Assembly (NCBI GenBank): GCA_964247055.1
Contig: OZ176051.1
Span: forward strand, 12,214,001 to 12,278,000
Source: Paragordius varius
Taxonomy: Eukaryota; Animalia; Nematomorpha
DNA: 64,000 nt
Reading direction: 5' to 3'
Part shown: positions 1-12,879 of the stretch, in pieces
How the letters are laid out: each line of letters opens with the position of its first letter
How positions within the stretch are numbered: the stretch's first letter is position 1
The notes under the pieces: model-generated
What the model was told of the DNA's origin: nothing
Databases searched by the model: none
The model's input: only the letters and a program-made list of their open reading frames with translations
Translations under genes and position numbers: made by a program

Positions 1-944
1 TCGTCTGCAAACCTTAAATTATTGATTGTTCTCCCTCCTATTTTTACTCCAATATTTTTACCGTCCAACTTCCTCATTATCATTTCTGTGCACATATTGA
101 ACAGATAAGGGGATAAGCTACACCCTTGTCTGACTCCATTCAAGATAGGTATTTCGTCTGTGTTCCCCGCTGATGTTCTAATAATCGCTCTTTGTTTTAC
201 ATAGAGAGAGCGAATCAATCTTATTAAGTGAGACGATACCCCTAGTAACTTTAATGTTTCCCACAAGGAGTCATAGTTGATTGAATCGAAGGCTTGTCTG
301 TAATCAATAAAACACATGTATAATTCTTTCTAGAACTCTTTTGATGTTTCCATTATCCTTCTCATGTTTGAGATATGGTTTCTTGTGCTTTTTCCCTTCA
401 TAAATCCGGCTTGATTTTCTGGTATTTCTGTCTGTATGATACTGTGCATCCTGTTTTGTATTACATTTAGTAAGACCTTACTAGCGTGGCTAATAAGAGA
501 TATGTTCCGATAGTTCTCGCATTGGAGTACATCCCTTTTTTGTATATTGGGAGATATACAGATGATGTCCAGTCGTTTGGCCACTCACATGTTTCCAACA
601 CCTTTTGACATAACTTGTGTAACGTTTCTACAAAAATAGCTTTTATGAACTCTATTGGGATATTGTCTAATCCCATCGCTTTGTTGTTAGGAATTTGTTT
701 TAAGGCTAATTCAACCTCTTCTCTTAATATATCTGGATCACGTTCTTCTTCTTTAATTGCAACACCTTTGCTTGAGGAACCTGATAGAGTTTTTGGGTGT
801 ATTCCTTCCATCTTCCTCGTACTTCTGTTTGTTTGCACAATATGGTGACATTCTCTGTTTTAATCTTTTGGGATGATATAAAAGGTTTATGAGTCATTTG
901 CTTCAGTTTCTGGAACATTGGTTGCATTAATCATTTTTTGTTAT
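1..944 (-). mobile_element. RTE-clade (BovB-like) non-LTR retrotransposon, outer copy, RT part (continues off the left edge); defective
   Basis: Reverse complement of ~1476-2410. Encodes RT-proximal motifs (NYRNISLISHASKVLL, ENQAGF, ...FADD at the window edge) with frameshifts and a premature TAG. Confidence 0.95.
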
Positions 945-950
945 TTCCAC

Positions 951-3173
951 ACAATAGGAGGTTATACACATGGACCTCTCCATGTGGTAATAAGAATCAA
1001 ATTGATTACATAATATGTTCTCAAAAATGGAAATGCTCTATAATCGATACCAAAACAAGCAAAAGCAGCGATTGCTCTAGCGATCATGAACTTCTAATAA
1101 CTAAAATCAAACTTAAAATAATTAAAAATAAGGTTAAACAGATATACAGATATGACATTCGGAACATTCCAAATAGTTTTAGAACAGAAACCAAAGATAG
1201 ATTAGGAAGATTGGACAATGGATGTAGCTCAGAACAATTATGGGGAACGATAAAAATGTTGCTAATGAAGTGGCAAAAGAAAAAGTGCAGTGAGTAAAGA
1301 GGAAAGATAACAAAATATCTGAAAAGAGTATAGAGATAGCAGAAAAGAGGAGAAAAGCTAAATCAAGGGGTGATAATAAAATGGTAAAATTATATAACAA
1401 AGAATTTCAACGACAAACAAGGAAGGATTATGAAGACTTTCTTAATAAACAATGTCTGGAAGTGGATTTAAATAACAAAAAAGGATTAATGCAACCAATG
1501 TTCCAGAAACTGAAGCAAATGATTCATAAACCTTTTATATCATCACAAAAGATTAAAAAAGAGAATGGCACCATATTGTGCAAACAAACAGAAGTACGAG
1601 GAAGATGGAATACACCCAAAAACTCTATCAGGCTCCTCAAGCAAAGGTGTTGCAATTAACAGAAGAAGAACGTGATCCAGATATATTAAGAGAGGAGGTT
1701 GAATTAGCCTTAAAACAAATTCCAAACAACAAAGCGATGGGGTTAGACAATATCCCAATAGAGTTCATAAAAGCTATTCCTGTAGAAACGTTACACAAGT
1801 TATGTCAAAAGGTGTGGGAAACATGTGAGTGGCCAAACGACTGGACATCATCTGTATATCTCCCAATATACAAAAAAGGAGATGTACTCCAATGCGAGAA
1901 TTATCGGAACATATCTCTTATTAGCCACGCTAGTAAGGTCTTACTAAAAGTAATACAAAACAGAATGCACAGTATCATACAGACAGAAATACCAGAAAAT
2001 CAAGCCGGATTTATGAAGGGAAAAAGCACAAGAGACCATATCTCAAACATGAGAAGGATAATGGAAACATCAAAAGAGTTCCAGAAATAATTATACATGT
2101 GTTTTATTGATTACAGACAAGCATTCGATCCAAACTATGACTCCTTGTGGGAAACATTAAAGTTACTAGGGTTATCGTCTCACTTAATAAGATTGATTAG
2201 CTCTCTGTATGTAAAACAAAGAGCTATTATTATAACTCCAGCGGGGGACACAGACGAAATACCTATCTTGAAAGGAGTCAGACAAGGGTGTTGCTTATCC
2301 CCTTATCTGTTCAATATGTGCACAGAAATGATAATGAGGAAGTTGGATGGTAATAATATTGGAGTAAGAATAGGAGGAAGAACATTCAATAATTTAAGGT
2401 TTGCAGATGATACCACTCTTATAGCTGAAAGTGCAAATGATTTGAAGGAATTGATTGAAGAGATTCCAAAGGAAAGTTTGAGGTATGGTCTTAGGCTTAA
2501 TCCTAACAAAACCAAAATATTATGTACAGGAAAAAAGCCCACAATTATAATAGAAGGAGTACAAATAGAATATTTAAACAGTTGACGTTTTTGGGCGCAA
2601 TAATTTCAGAGGATAGGTCTTCAACTCCTGACATCAGAAAGAGAATAGGATTGGGTAGAGAAGCGATGACCATATTAAAGATTTGGAAAAACAAAAGCGT
2701 AGGAGTTGAAACCAAAAAAAGATTACTCTACTGTTTCGTTCTCCCGGTCAACACATATGGATGTGAAAGTTGGACTCTCAGAAAAAGGGACAAAGAAAGG
2801 CTCATGGCTTTTGAAAGGAGTTGCTGGCGTAGGATGCTAGGATACACCTGGAAGGATAAAATTTAGAATGAAAATCTAATTACAGAAATAAAACCTAAAA
2901 CAAACATCATGGAGATACTAAAAAGAAAGTTAACATATTTTGGTCATGTCATGCGATCGAACTCTCTGGAGAAAGATACAATGTGTGGGAAGGTAGAAGG
3001 GCAAAGGAAACGAGGCCGACCACCGATGAGGTGGTTGGATATGATAAAAGAAGAGACCAAAATGACACTGAAAGAGCTCAATATAGCGGTTATAGAAAAA
3101 AATGGAAAGAAATAGTTAAAACTATATCCAAAAAGTCGTTTACGACTTAGGAAAAACCAACCAACCCAACCAA
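951..3173 (+). mobile_element. 5'-truncated RTE-clade LINE (end of endonuclease, RT, C-terminal domain, 3' tail), inserted antisense into a copy of the same family; defective
   Basis: RT motifs GVRQGCCLSPYLFN, LRFADD, YGCESWT, KLTYFGHVMR and GRPPMRW, with stops and frameshifts. 3' stem-loop AAGTCGtttaCGACTT at 3133-3148 and a (CCAA)n tail. Flanked by the 6-bp TSD TTCCAC (945-950 and 3174-3179). Confidence 0.95.
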
Positions 3174-3179
3174 TTCCAC

Positions 3180-4310
3180 TTCCAGACATTGTTTATTAAG
3201 AAAATCTTCATAATCCTTCCTTGTTTGTCGTTGAAATTCTTTGTTATATAATTTTACCATTTTATTATCATTAATTTAGCTTATGTACTCTTTTCTGCTA
3301 TCTCTATACTCTTTTCTGATATCGATTTGTTATCTTTCCTCTTTATCTTTTGCCACTTCATTAACAACATTTTTATCGTTCCCCATAATTGTTCTGAGCT
3401 ACATCCATTCAATCTTTCTAATCTATCTTTTGTTTCTGTTCTAAAACTATTTGGAATGTTCCGAATGTCATATCTGTATATCTGTTTAACCTTATTTTTA
3501 ATTATTTTAAGTTTGATTTTGGTTATTAGAAGCTCATGATCGCTAGAGCAATCGCTGCCTTTGCTTGTTTTGGTATCGATTATAGAGCTTTTCCATTTTT
3601 GAGGATTATTATGTAATTAATTTGATTTTTATATTTACCACATGGAGAGGTCCATGTGTATAACCTCCTATTGTGTTGTGGAAACCATGTGTTGGTTATT
3701 ATCATCTCATTTATTGATCAGTGCTTCCCCGGCCTCGTTTCGTTCTCCCAATCCATATGGCCCGACTATTGAATCTACTCTACCTCTACCAACTTTGCTG
3801 TTCCAATCCCCTCCTATGATAATCATATCTCCTTACTTCGTTTCATCCAAAACTATTTGCAACGTTGCATAAAAGTCCTCTATGTCTTCTTTGGGAGCGT
3901 TTGACGTAGGAGCATAGAATACTATGTATGTGAATTTAAGTGGCTTGGCATTCAGCCTAATACTCATGATTCTGGTTGTATATGGTGTATAACTAATGAG
4001 ACTTTTATTTAATTTGTTTTTTATTAATACTACAACGCCTTCAGATTTCTGGTCATCTCTCCCCGATCTTAACAATGTATAATTTTCGTTTTGTACTTTC
4101 GCGCTACCTTTTTGCTTGGTTTCCGTTAGACCCAGTATGTCTAAGTTCAATCTTTCCATTTCCTTTTCAATTATCACCTGTTTGGTTTCTGTTAAGGAAC
4201 GTATGTTCCAGGATCCAACTTTGAAAAGTCTTGTTAGGTTTATATAGTAGAACTATTTTTTGGCAGTAATAAACGAGGGTGGTTTGCCATTGCCTTCCCT
4301 CTCACTTACC
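3180..4310 (-). mobile_element. RTE-clade LINE, outer copy, 5' part (5' UTR plus AP endonuclease)
   Basis: APE motifs VGSWNIRSL, LDILGLTETK and YAPTSNA. 3180-3690 is the reverse complement of 951-1466. A Bov-A-like 5' UTR motif GGGAAGGCAATGGCAAACCAC lies at ~4278-4298 on the minus strand. Confidence 0.92.
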
Positions 4311-5860
4311 CTCTTTACAAAAAAAATAAATTTCTAGAATTTTTAAAATTAAAGAGTAATCTTTATAAAGGTTGTTAATTTGGATAAATTATAAATATTA
4401 ATATTTCACTCTGTCTAGCAATCATAAAAGAAAAATATAAAGAAATTATGGCTAGGCTAGTAAAAATAAAATAATTAGGCACCAAGGAGTAGAGAGAAAA
4501 AAGGAGATATGTATAAAATTTTTTATGAATTATGTTATTTAAATTACATACTTGGCATACAAATAAAGAACTCTACAAAACAAAGAAAAAGAGTAATAAT
4601 TACTAAAAGAAAACATATTTTTAATATATTTATAGTATATAATAAAATAATACTCTCCTTGAATTTCTTGCCGCTTTCAATCACATGCATGAAATTATTT
4701 TATTAATGATTTATTGTGCTTCAAAAACATGAAATAATTTAAAAAGCATGCATATTATAAAAATATTTTTTGATGACTTAATCGACCGTATATATCGCAA
4801 AATTTCGGGTTTTTTGAGTTTATTTAAATAATACCCCAGTTAAAAAGGGGTCAAAAATTGACACTTAAAAACCCGGATTTGATTGATAATAGTTAAAAAC
4901 CAAACAAAAAAGTCAAAGAATTAACTTGATATGTTTAAGGAGCAACTTGAGATGTTTAAAGGCAAAGAAGTGTTAAAAGACACTCTTGAACAAATGATAT
5001 ATCAAAATTAAAATAAAAGTGCATATTATCTTCTTATATCACTCGTGGCCAAAAGTAACACGATAATCCTGATTCATCCTTTCAGAATATTTATATATCA
5101 TATGATGTTTGTGCACTGTGTAATATGCGCAAATTTTCATATGGAGTAATCAACACAAAAGAGTTTATATTTCTATATAACTTGAAAGGCCCAAAACTAA
5201 AAAGACCATTTATATATTAGTGCATTCCTGTAGAATGAACATATTTCAACTAAAAAAATTATCCTGCACTGTGTAAGCTAAGTTTTTGTGTTTTCTATGC
5301 ACAGTGCTTAGCGAAAGTAGTGAAATTTTTATGTTAGATACTACTTATATTTGTTGTTTAAAACTTCTATCACCTAAGATTTTATTATATCAGAAATGAT
5401 GCAAAACCCATATACAAAATTTGAAAAAAAATTAAAGACTCAAATTTTACATTATCTTAGACTAAATAGGTTGTAATGCAAAAAACGGATTGTTATGGCG
5501 CATTTACAATATGTACATCAATTTTCGTCACTTCAAATAATTGGCCAATTGACAATGAATATATGGCAAAAAGAACAAATTTCGTGATAACAATTTTTTC
5601 CTACCATGCGATCTAATTATTTAATTAAAAATTTATTTCACATTATATGTTATAATAAATTGACCAACATTAATGTGCATATTTTATTAAATAAAAATAC
5701 GATGGACCACCATCAAATTCGATCTACGGGACAAATAATTATATAATTACGATATTTTTAAGGAAGATAAATGTTGGATAATAATACATGCATATTAATA
5801 TAGTAGGTGTGGTCATTAATGGTGACATTTGTATTCCAACTTAATTGTCACTGAACTAAT

Positions 5861-8800
5861 TTATTTTGTCTTATTAAACAGTTTGATAAAAGCAATCATT
5901 AAAATAAACATGCCAAAAACAGTTGCTAATAGAATCCAAGTCCAAAGGGAATTTGCTTTTTGTTGAGTTGCGTCCATCAAAATATTTGCCGATTGGAGTT
6001 TGTTTATGTTATGAGACTGTTGAAGGCTTGCTTCTTCAAGAACCTTTTTAAATAGATAAATAATTTTGTTTCACGATATTATTTTTATCACTAAAAGCTG
6101 TGGTGGGTTCATATTAAGGTTTTTATGGTTTTTCAAAATGTTTTAGTAATAATATTTAAACATATATAAAATTTGATATGCGAAATAAATCGGTGTAATT
6201 TAACCAACTTTTAGAACAAAAGAGGAATAAAGGTATGGATAAATGGAAAAATATTCTAGGATGTATAAATAAACGTTATAAAGAATTATAATTTGCAGTT
6301 GTTTTCAAAATAACTAAAAAAATGTCTGAAAAAAATCCTAACATCAATGCAATTAGTTTCATTTATGGAAATTTCAAAAATCGATATACAACGAACTAAA
6401 AATTAATTTTTAAAATTTTTTTATGTAATATATCAAAGCTCCAAATGTAGTTCGGGTTATTACATATTATATTAAATTTATCAAATTGTGCGCAAACTTC
6501 ATTTTATAATTTGTTTTTTGCATTTGAGGCTTGACTCAAAAAATTCATTGATTGCAAAGTTTTAGACATTTTCATAGGTAAAAAGTTTATGAGGTTGTGA
6601 AACAAAGTCATAAAATAAAATACATATTTTTGTTTATAATCCCCTATTTACATGTATCTTTCCATTTATACTTGTAAAGCATCATTTTAATAAATTAATA
6701 ATGGGATTTTTATTGTTGTTTTACGTAAACTTTTGCTTTTTCTCAATATATTTTTTCACTAAGTGTTTTAAGATTCGTACAGTAACCGCTATTTGGTGAC
6801 ATTTTTGATACTGATAAAGTGCAAAATAACTATTTGAATACAAGGCATTCAAATGTTTTATTGTCAAAAAAATTTATAAATATAATTTTGAATATACGAT
6901 GGTGGACCTTTATTACAAAAGGCACTTATATATGATTTAAACATATTTTTATCTTCTTAAAAAAAAATAAAATATTGTCTCTAATCCTCACTAAAGAAAT
7001 TTAATTTATTCACTGATTTTTATGAATCCAATATTATTCTGTTTTGTATAATAAGCCTTAGCTTTATATCTCAAATATCAATGGCTGTAATAAATAAATA
7101 TTTATAACCGCAATCCAAATGTCAACTTACGCCTGAGGAGGTAGATGTTAGACCTATAATAGAATGTAATCAATTGCACTGCCAATGAAATTTAATTTAT
7201 GGTATATATGCACATTTTTTCAAATTTCTATTAGTTTCCATAATTAATTTCAACTAGGAGATATGTTGAAAACTTATTTTACCCGCGTATAACTCGCTTA
7301 TAAACATTACAAAATAAAATAAATTAACTAAGATTTCAAATATATAAAGCGATGTTTAGGTCCATATTGTATCAATGATGCAGATATATTTTTGAAATAT
7401 TTAATTTTTCCCTTAATGAAAGAATAAACTTAACCTTTAATTGTAATAAAGTCCTTTTAGCGTCAATAGTTGATAGTGTTCAAATAAAATCGAAAAATTT
7501 CGATCTCAGTCACATTTACAGGCACAGTGTAAAAGCCTGACGTGTCTACAAATCCACTATAGAATTTAGAGAATTAAATAAATTTGTTTTTTAGGTAATA
7601 TATCATTAGTTTCCAGTGGGTATGAAAATAAGGATTTCGGTAATCAATGTGTTAAAACACATTATAATACTTTTCAGATTATGGGTTACCACACCTGTTC
7701 CACCGATTTGTGCAACGATATTGTGGATATCAATTTACTAAATAGAACAATCATTAATTCAAACGCATTATTCACTGACAATCTCCTCCAAGCTGGCCAA
7801 ACAACAACCACACAATTGAACGCTGGAAATGGAAATCAAGCAAGTTTACAAAAAGGTCAGGATGCCTCAAACATAGCTTTAACACCATTTATGCCAACAT
7901 TGGGAAATTATATTGTAATATTTGCTGTGTATTTAATAATGTTTTTAAACTGATTCAATGTTTGAAAAATGAATTTTATCGAAAAAATCAATGATAATTG
8001 TGCTTATAGAAAAATGCAGATTCTCGTTGCTTTAGATTACCGGGCTCATTAATTAAGAAAGAAAGTATTTCACCTTTTATGGTAATTATTGATACATATC
8101 GAAAATATTATATGCTAAATTTTTGGTGAAAGCTAAATTCATCATTGTTAAAAATATCTATATCGTTCTTAGGACGTAATTATTCCAAAAAATCTTAATA
8201 GTGTTTTTTTGTATGATAGACACCCTATTAATTTCCTTTATTTTGAAAAAGGAGGAATACCCTGGGCAGTTAATTCGTTGCTAATATACTTAACTTTGTG
8301 CTGAAATCCCATTAATTTTTATAACACATTTATTTTTTCCATTACACAATTAAATTTATCAATACTTAGGTATGTTAATCAAACACACTCATCATTTATT
8401 ACCTGATTATCTTTGCGAATAAATTGGCCAGCTAAATTAACATTGGATTTAAGATTTCCAACCAGGGTTGACATTTGATCCATAAGATCATCTTGCATCG
8501 TTTTGTGTGAACTTAATAAAATGTTTTTTTCATCACCACCAACATTCTCAATACTCGGGTTAGCTATGGCATTTGGATTTCCATTGGAATAAGATTTAGT
8601 TTTACCTAATATTAATAATTTTATATCGATTTTTTCCCAGTCTCCAATATGGTTTTGAGAATTAAAAATATTTATATTAATATAATCTTTATAATCAAAA
8701 TTATATAATTATAGTCTTTTAATATCATATAATTAGTTATAATAAATCAAATGGGGGTTAATGTTAAAAATAGATAATATTGTATAAATTTACTAAATTC

Positions 8801-10210
8801 TTCCAAAAAATGATTACATGAAGGTTTAGCGAAAATACGTTATGAGCACATATTCAAAAATTTAAATTACTTTAAAATGTGGTATAAAACAATTTTTTAG
8901 TGAATAAATAATCTGTAAGTAACAAATTAAAAAAAGATGGACCCATTTAACTAAATATGGTATTTCTCGATGAAAATTTTTGTTATATTAAATACGAAAA
9001 TTATTTTTTTAAAATATTTAACATTAAATATAAAGTATTTTCTGTTTCACCATTTGAAACTCTATATTTAAGAATTTTTCAATGGTATTGAGGATCAATT
9101 CAATATGCGTTATATAACTTGGTAGCAAATTTTGGCAGTTATTGATATAAAAAATTATCAGTTTGCATTAAATTAAGAAAACTAACCAAAGCTTAAACAG
9201 TAAAAGCTCTGTAAATTGATGATTTTTTCCAGATTCAATATAATATAAAAGCAAATAATTACATATTTTATTATTATAATTATTGGGTCTATTAATAATA
9301 CTACAAATGTAAATATGTTTGTTTATTCCAGATGCAATGATAATTTTTGGTAACGGTAAAAAAATCGACAAAAATTTTTAGCTGAAAAGCATTATAGTAA
9401 ATATACCTTAATGCATATAAGATATTAAGAGTGACCTGCATAAGGTTGATATTAAAAATACATCTAATATTGTAACTTTTGATGTTTATATTTATTGATA
9501 ATAAAAGAGAGTGTTTCAGAATTCCGTTTTAAAAGGTGTTTTCAATTTTGATTTCATTTTAAAATAAATTTTTTAAATTATCGCTTCTATCTTTTTATTA
9601 AATGGGTGTAAAAATATATAATAATAACAAAAAACGGCATATAAAATATGGACAAATTTTTAATAATTATAAAGCCAATTAGTAAAATCTATCGAATATT
9701 TTGCAAAAATTGTAAAAAATTATACTCCAAGTCGTCATAAAAACTTACATTCAAAGAGGCGTTTTCGTAATTCATTGGCCTGATCTTCAATACAACTCCG
9801 ATATAATGTGTTAACTTGTAACGATAAATCATTCGGTGGTTTTTTTAAAACATATTCTACATCAATGTTTGGCTCTTTCTATAATTAATTTATAAATGTA
9901 CATCTATAAAGGGTAGTGGAATAGCATCTGCTTTCAGCAGAGATCGTAAATACTGCAACTTTGTCTTGTATTCTATTAGATTATTGTTTAACGGTTGGCT
10001 GTTTAAAGCATAATTATATTGGTTAAAATACCTACAATGTAGATTGATTGGCCATATCAATTAAATAATTATCCAATGAATGAATATACTTAACTAAATT
10101 TATAAAATTACTGCTTTTAATTTCCAATTTGGATAGTTAGGTTCAGAAACCATATCTTCGCAAATATGACATAAACGCTTAAAATTTATTTCTGATCTTG
10201 ACATGGACAT
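5861..10210 (-). CDS. USE1: Vesicle transport protein USE1 (ER Qc-SNARE), 254 aa. Exons: 10210-10112, 10088-10036, 9998-9902, 9878-9749, 8605-8403, 6043-5861
   Basis: MSMSRSEINFKRLCHICEDM...NWKLKAYIHSLDNYL matches the USE1 N-terminus. SNARE motif LSSHKTMQDDLMDQMSTLVGNLKSNVNLAGQFIRKDNQ, and C-terminal TM WTWILLATVFGMFILMIAFIKLF. All introns are GT-AG with matching phases. AATAAA overlaps the stop codon. None of these exons is in the ORF track. Confidence 0.9.
7595..7953 (+). CDS. Terminal exon of a Ly6/uPAR (three-finger)-like, probably GPI-anchored protein, nested antisense in USE1 intron 5
   Basis: Acceptor TTTTAG at 7594, then an open frame GNISLVSSGY...QCVKT...HTCSTDLCN, a polar linker and a hydrophobic tail YIVIFAVYLIMFLN*. 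No intact upstream exons were located. Confidence 0.55.
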
Positions 10211-10405
10211 AACTCAAATATTTAAAAATAACACATGCCCATATTTGTGTAACAAATAATGCAACATATGCATTATGTTTAAAAATATATTTTTATATGC
10301 AATGCGTCCAAATTTGGGGAGTATAAAAAATAAGATTCGTATTTCGTAAATAATAAATAAAAATAATAATAAATTTGAGTCTTTAATAAATTAGTATACC
10401 CCCAT

Positions 10406-10427
10406 CATATATATATATATATATATA
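10406..10427. repeat. (AT)n microsatellite
   Basis: Direct reading. Confidence 0.9.
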
Positions 10428-12879
10428 CAAACAGAATTATTATGGTGATATGATTTTGCTATTGCTGATTTAAGAAATTATTTTCCATAATTGTAAATGC
10501 TTTCTCTATATTAGAAAATGGCAAAAAACACTTATTTTTGAATAATTTTTTTTGGCGACATTTACTCCATAAATCAATGAAAATATATCAAAACTACATA
10601 AAAAAAACATAACTATATTTTAAAAAATCCAAAATTATATGTGGGCTCCAAAAGTCCCAAATTTTAGCTTTGGAATTTAAAAAGTAAGCGATGCCATGAT
10701 TGCGCGATAAAAATTTTATATATCCTAAATTTTGACATGAATAATATATTTTTAAAAATGTAAAATTTGTTTATAAATTTAATTGATAGGAAAATTTTCG
10801 TACGTACCCACACTATTATAAGGAATTGTAGTAACGGTTATTTCTCACTCTTTGAAGAAAGAAGATATATTATATATAGTGATTTTGCTGTGTATTTACC
10901 AGAGGAATTCTCACCAGATAAGTCAATTGTATAAAAAAATTTATTAGTGTTATAAAGAAAATCAATGGACGCCAAATAACCCCTTTATTTGTTATAAACC
11001 ATTAATTATCCCCTAATTTTAATGTAATGAATGAAATGGCCCCAGAGTTTTTAGAATATCCCATAATATTCTGCACAAAATCAAAGGGTTATTACATGAT
11101 TTGAAATATATACTATGGTTGTATATCATAATTTTCTGTGAGATTTGAATTGTAATATTTTTATATTTTTTAGTAATATGAAATTTTATATTCTTTGTTA
11201 CTCGCAATTTTATTGTTATAATGATTATATACATCTAAAATTAGTATTTATAAAGCACAAAAAATTGAATAAAGATTATTTCACGTTTCTTATATTTTCT
11301 TTTCATTTAAATTAAGGGTTTAAATTCTGTTGAAATATAAATTTTATAATGGCTTTCATTATGTTAATTACATTACACAGGGCACAAATCGAGGGCATTA
11401 TCATGATTTAAATATATTCTAATATTCTTTTGGTTTTGGGTTTACGAGTCTTGTATCTTTTAATGAAGATCAAAAAATCGCATAATCAGCACAAACTTGT
11501 TGGAAAGCTAATGTCAATCCAGAATTATCAATTATATTCCAGTACGATAACTGCTCGATTACAAAAAATTGACTTAAAATATGCATTTTATTGCCTAAAA
11601 TTTAATTCTCAAATATAATATTTTGTATTATTTTAAAAACGGTGCATACAAAATGAAAAACAAATATATTCGAAATTAAGAATTATTATTACAGATTTCT
11701 ATTGCAATTCGTTCACATAAGTTGTTGAAGTTTGTAAAATAGATTTTTTGCTAATCTTTCATATAAGACATAATTTTCAGCCAAAATTGCTTTTATATAT
11801 AAAGTGTTTTAATTTTATAACTTTGAAATCTTAAACATGCATTAAAAAAATTTGCGAAAAAATTTTTTTCTATAGGTTTTTAAAAATAACTTTTGTTCAT
11901 AATCTAACATGTTTATGCGCAAACCAACCCATTTTAGAGAGGGGTCCAAAAGTATGAAACTTTCGGCTTATCTAAAATTTAAATAAATATAGCTTTATAA
12001 TAAATAGATTTTGGGAAAGGTTCTACTTCTCCCAAAACTTATATAAAATAGTTGCCACTTGCGATATAACATTAGTATAAGTATAATATTTCTTAGATGA
12101 CTATTGAATGTTAATCAAAAGCACCTTCCTTATCATAGTTTTCTCGTTGCTTTAAGATTATTTAGATATGCTAGTGTATTTATAGTCAAATAAAAAGAGA
12201 TGGACGGTTTTGGGGAATAGATGCCATATTATTACTGAGGATGAATCCCTATCCAGTTATATTATAAAAAGTGCTGGATTGAAATCTTACAAGATCCTAA
12301 AAACACATTGAACTCATATGGCCTATTTATTTTTAAAATTATTAGCTTCTAAGCTGTGTTATTTTATATGGTGACGTATTTATTGCATGGAGCATTACCA
12401 GCTTATTCAAAAATGCGCCTTATTTTTGTTGAAATGTATTTTCTCAATTAGTCGGTGGCGAAGAAATAGTATTTTTAGAAAAAAAATATTTCAAAAAATA
12501 GTTTAAAAAGCGAAAACACAGTCAAACCTTTTTTTGTGCGGTTTTTTTGGGAGTTGACCTCTATTTACTTTTTACAAAGTGAACCATGGTTTTTCGGTAA
12601 AATTTAGCCAAAAAATTAAGGGAAAACCCGATTTTTACCATTCGTAACAGCTGAAGATAAGGGATATTATAGTTTTTAGTAGAAATAAATTTGGCACATA
12701 ATTAAAAATAATTTTATATTTGATCCATTAAAAACAATGTATATATGTAACACGTTTTTAGCAGTACAGGATTTTATGATTTTTCCTATAAAAACTTTCT
12801 TTTAAGTATTTCGCACAAAAGATTTATTTACGCTAACCAATATTAACTAACTTCCTTTTTATTTTTTGGTCCTAGTTTA

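Noticed and set aside
1-3700. The inverted duplication might be an assembly artefact or twin-priming product
   Set aside because: The copies differ by independent substitutions and stops, and a clean TSD plus 3' tail bound the inner copy.
6780-7200. In-frame TGA codons near the Ly6-like fragments suggested TGA reassignment
   Set aside because: No conserved position in USE1, Wnt7 or EF-Tu needs TGA as sense, Trp is encoded by TGG, and TGA terminates other ORFs.
9902-9998. LLKADAIPLPF looked like a THAP-domain AVPTIF box (P-element/THAP9)
   Set aside because: The surrounding exons assemble into a complete USE1 with SNARE motif and TM anchor.
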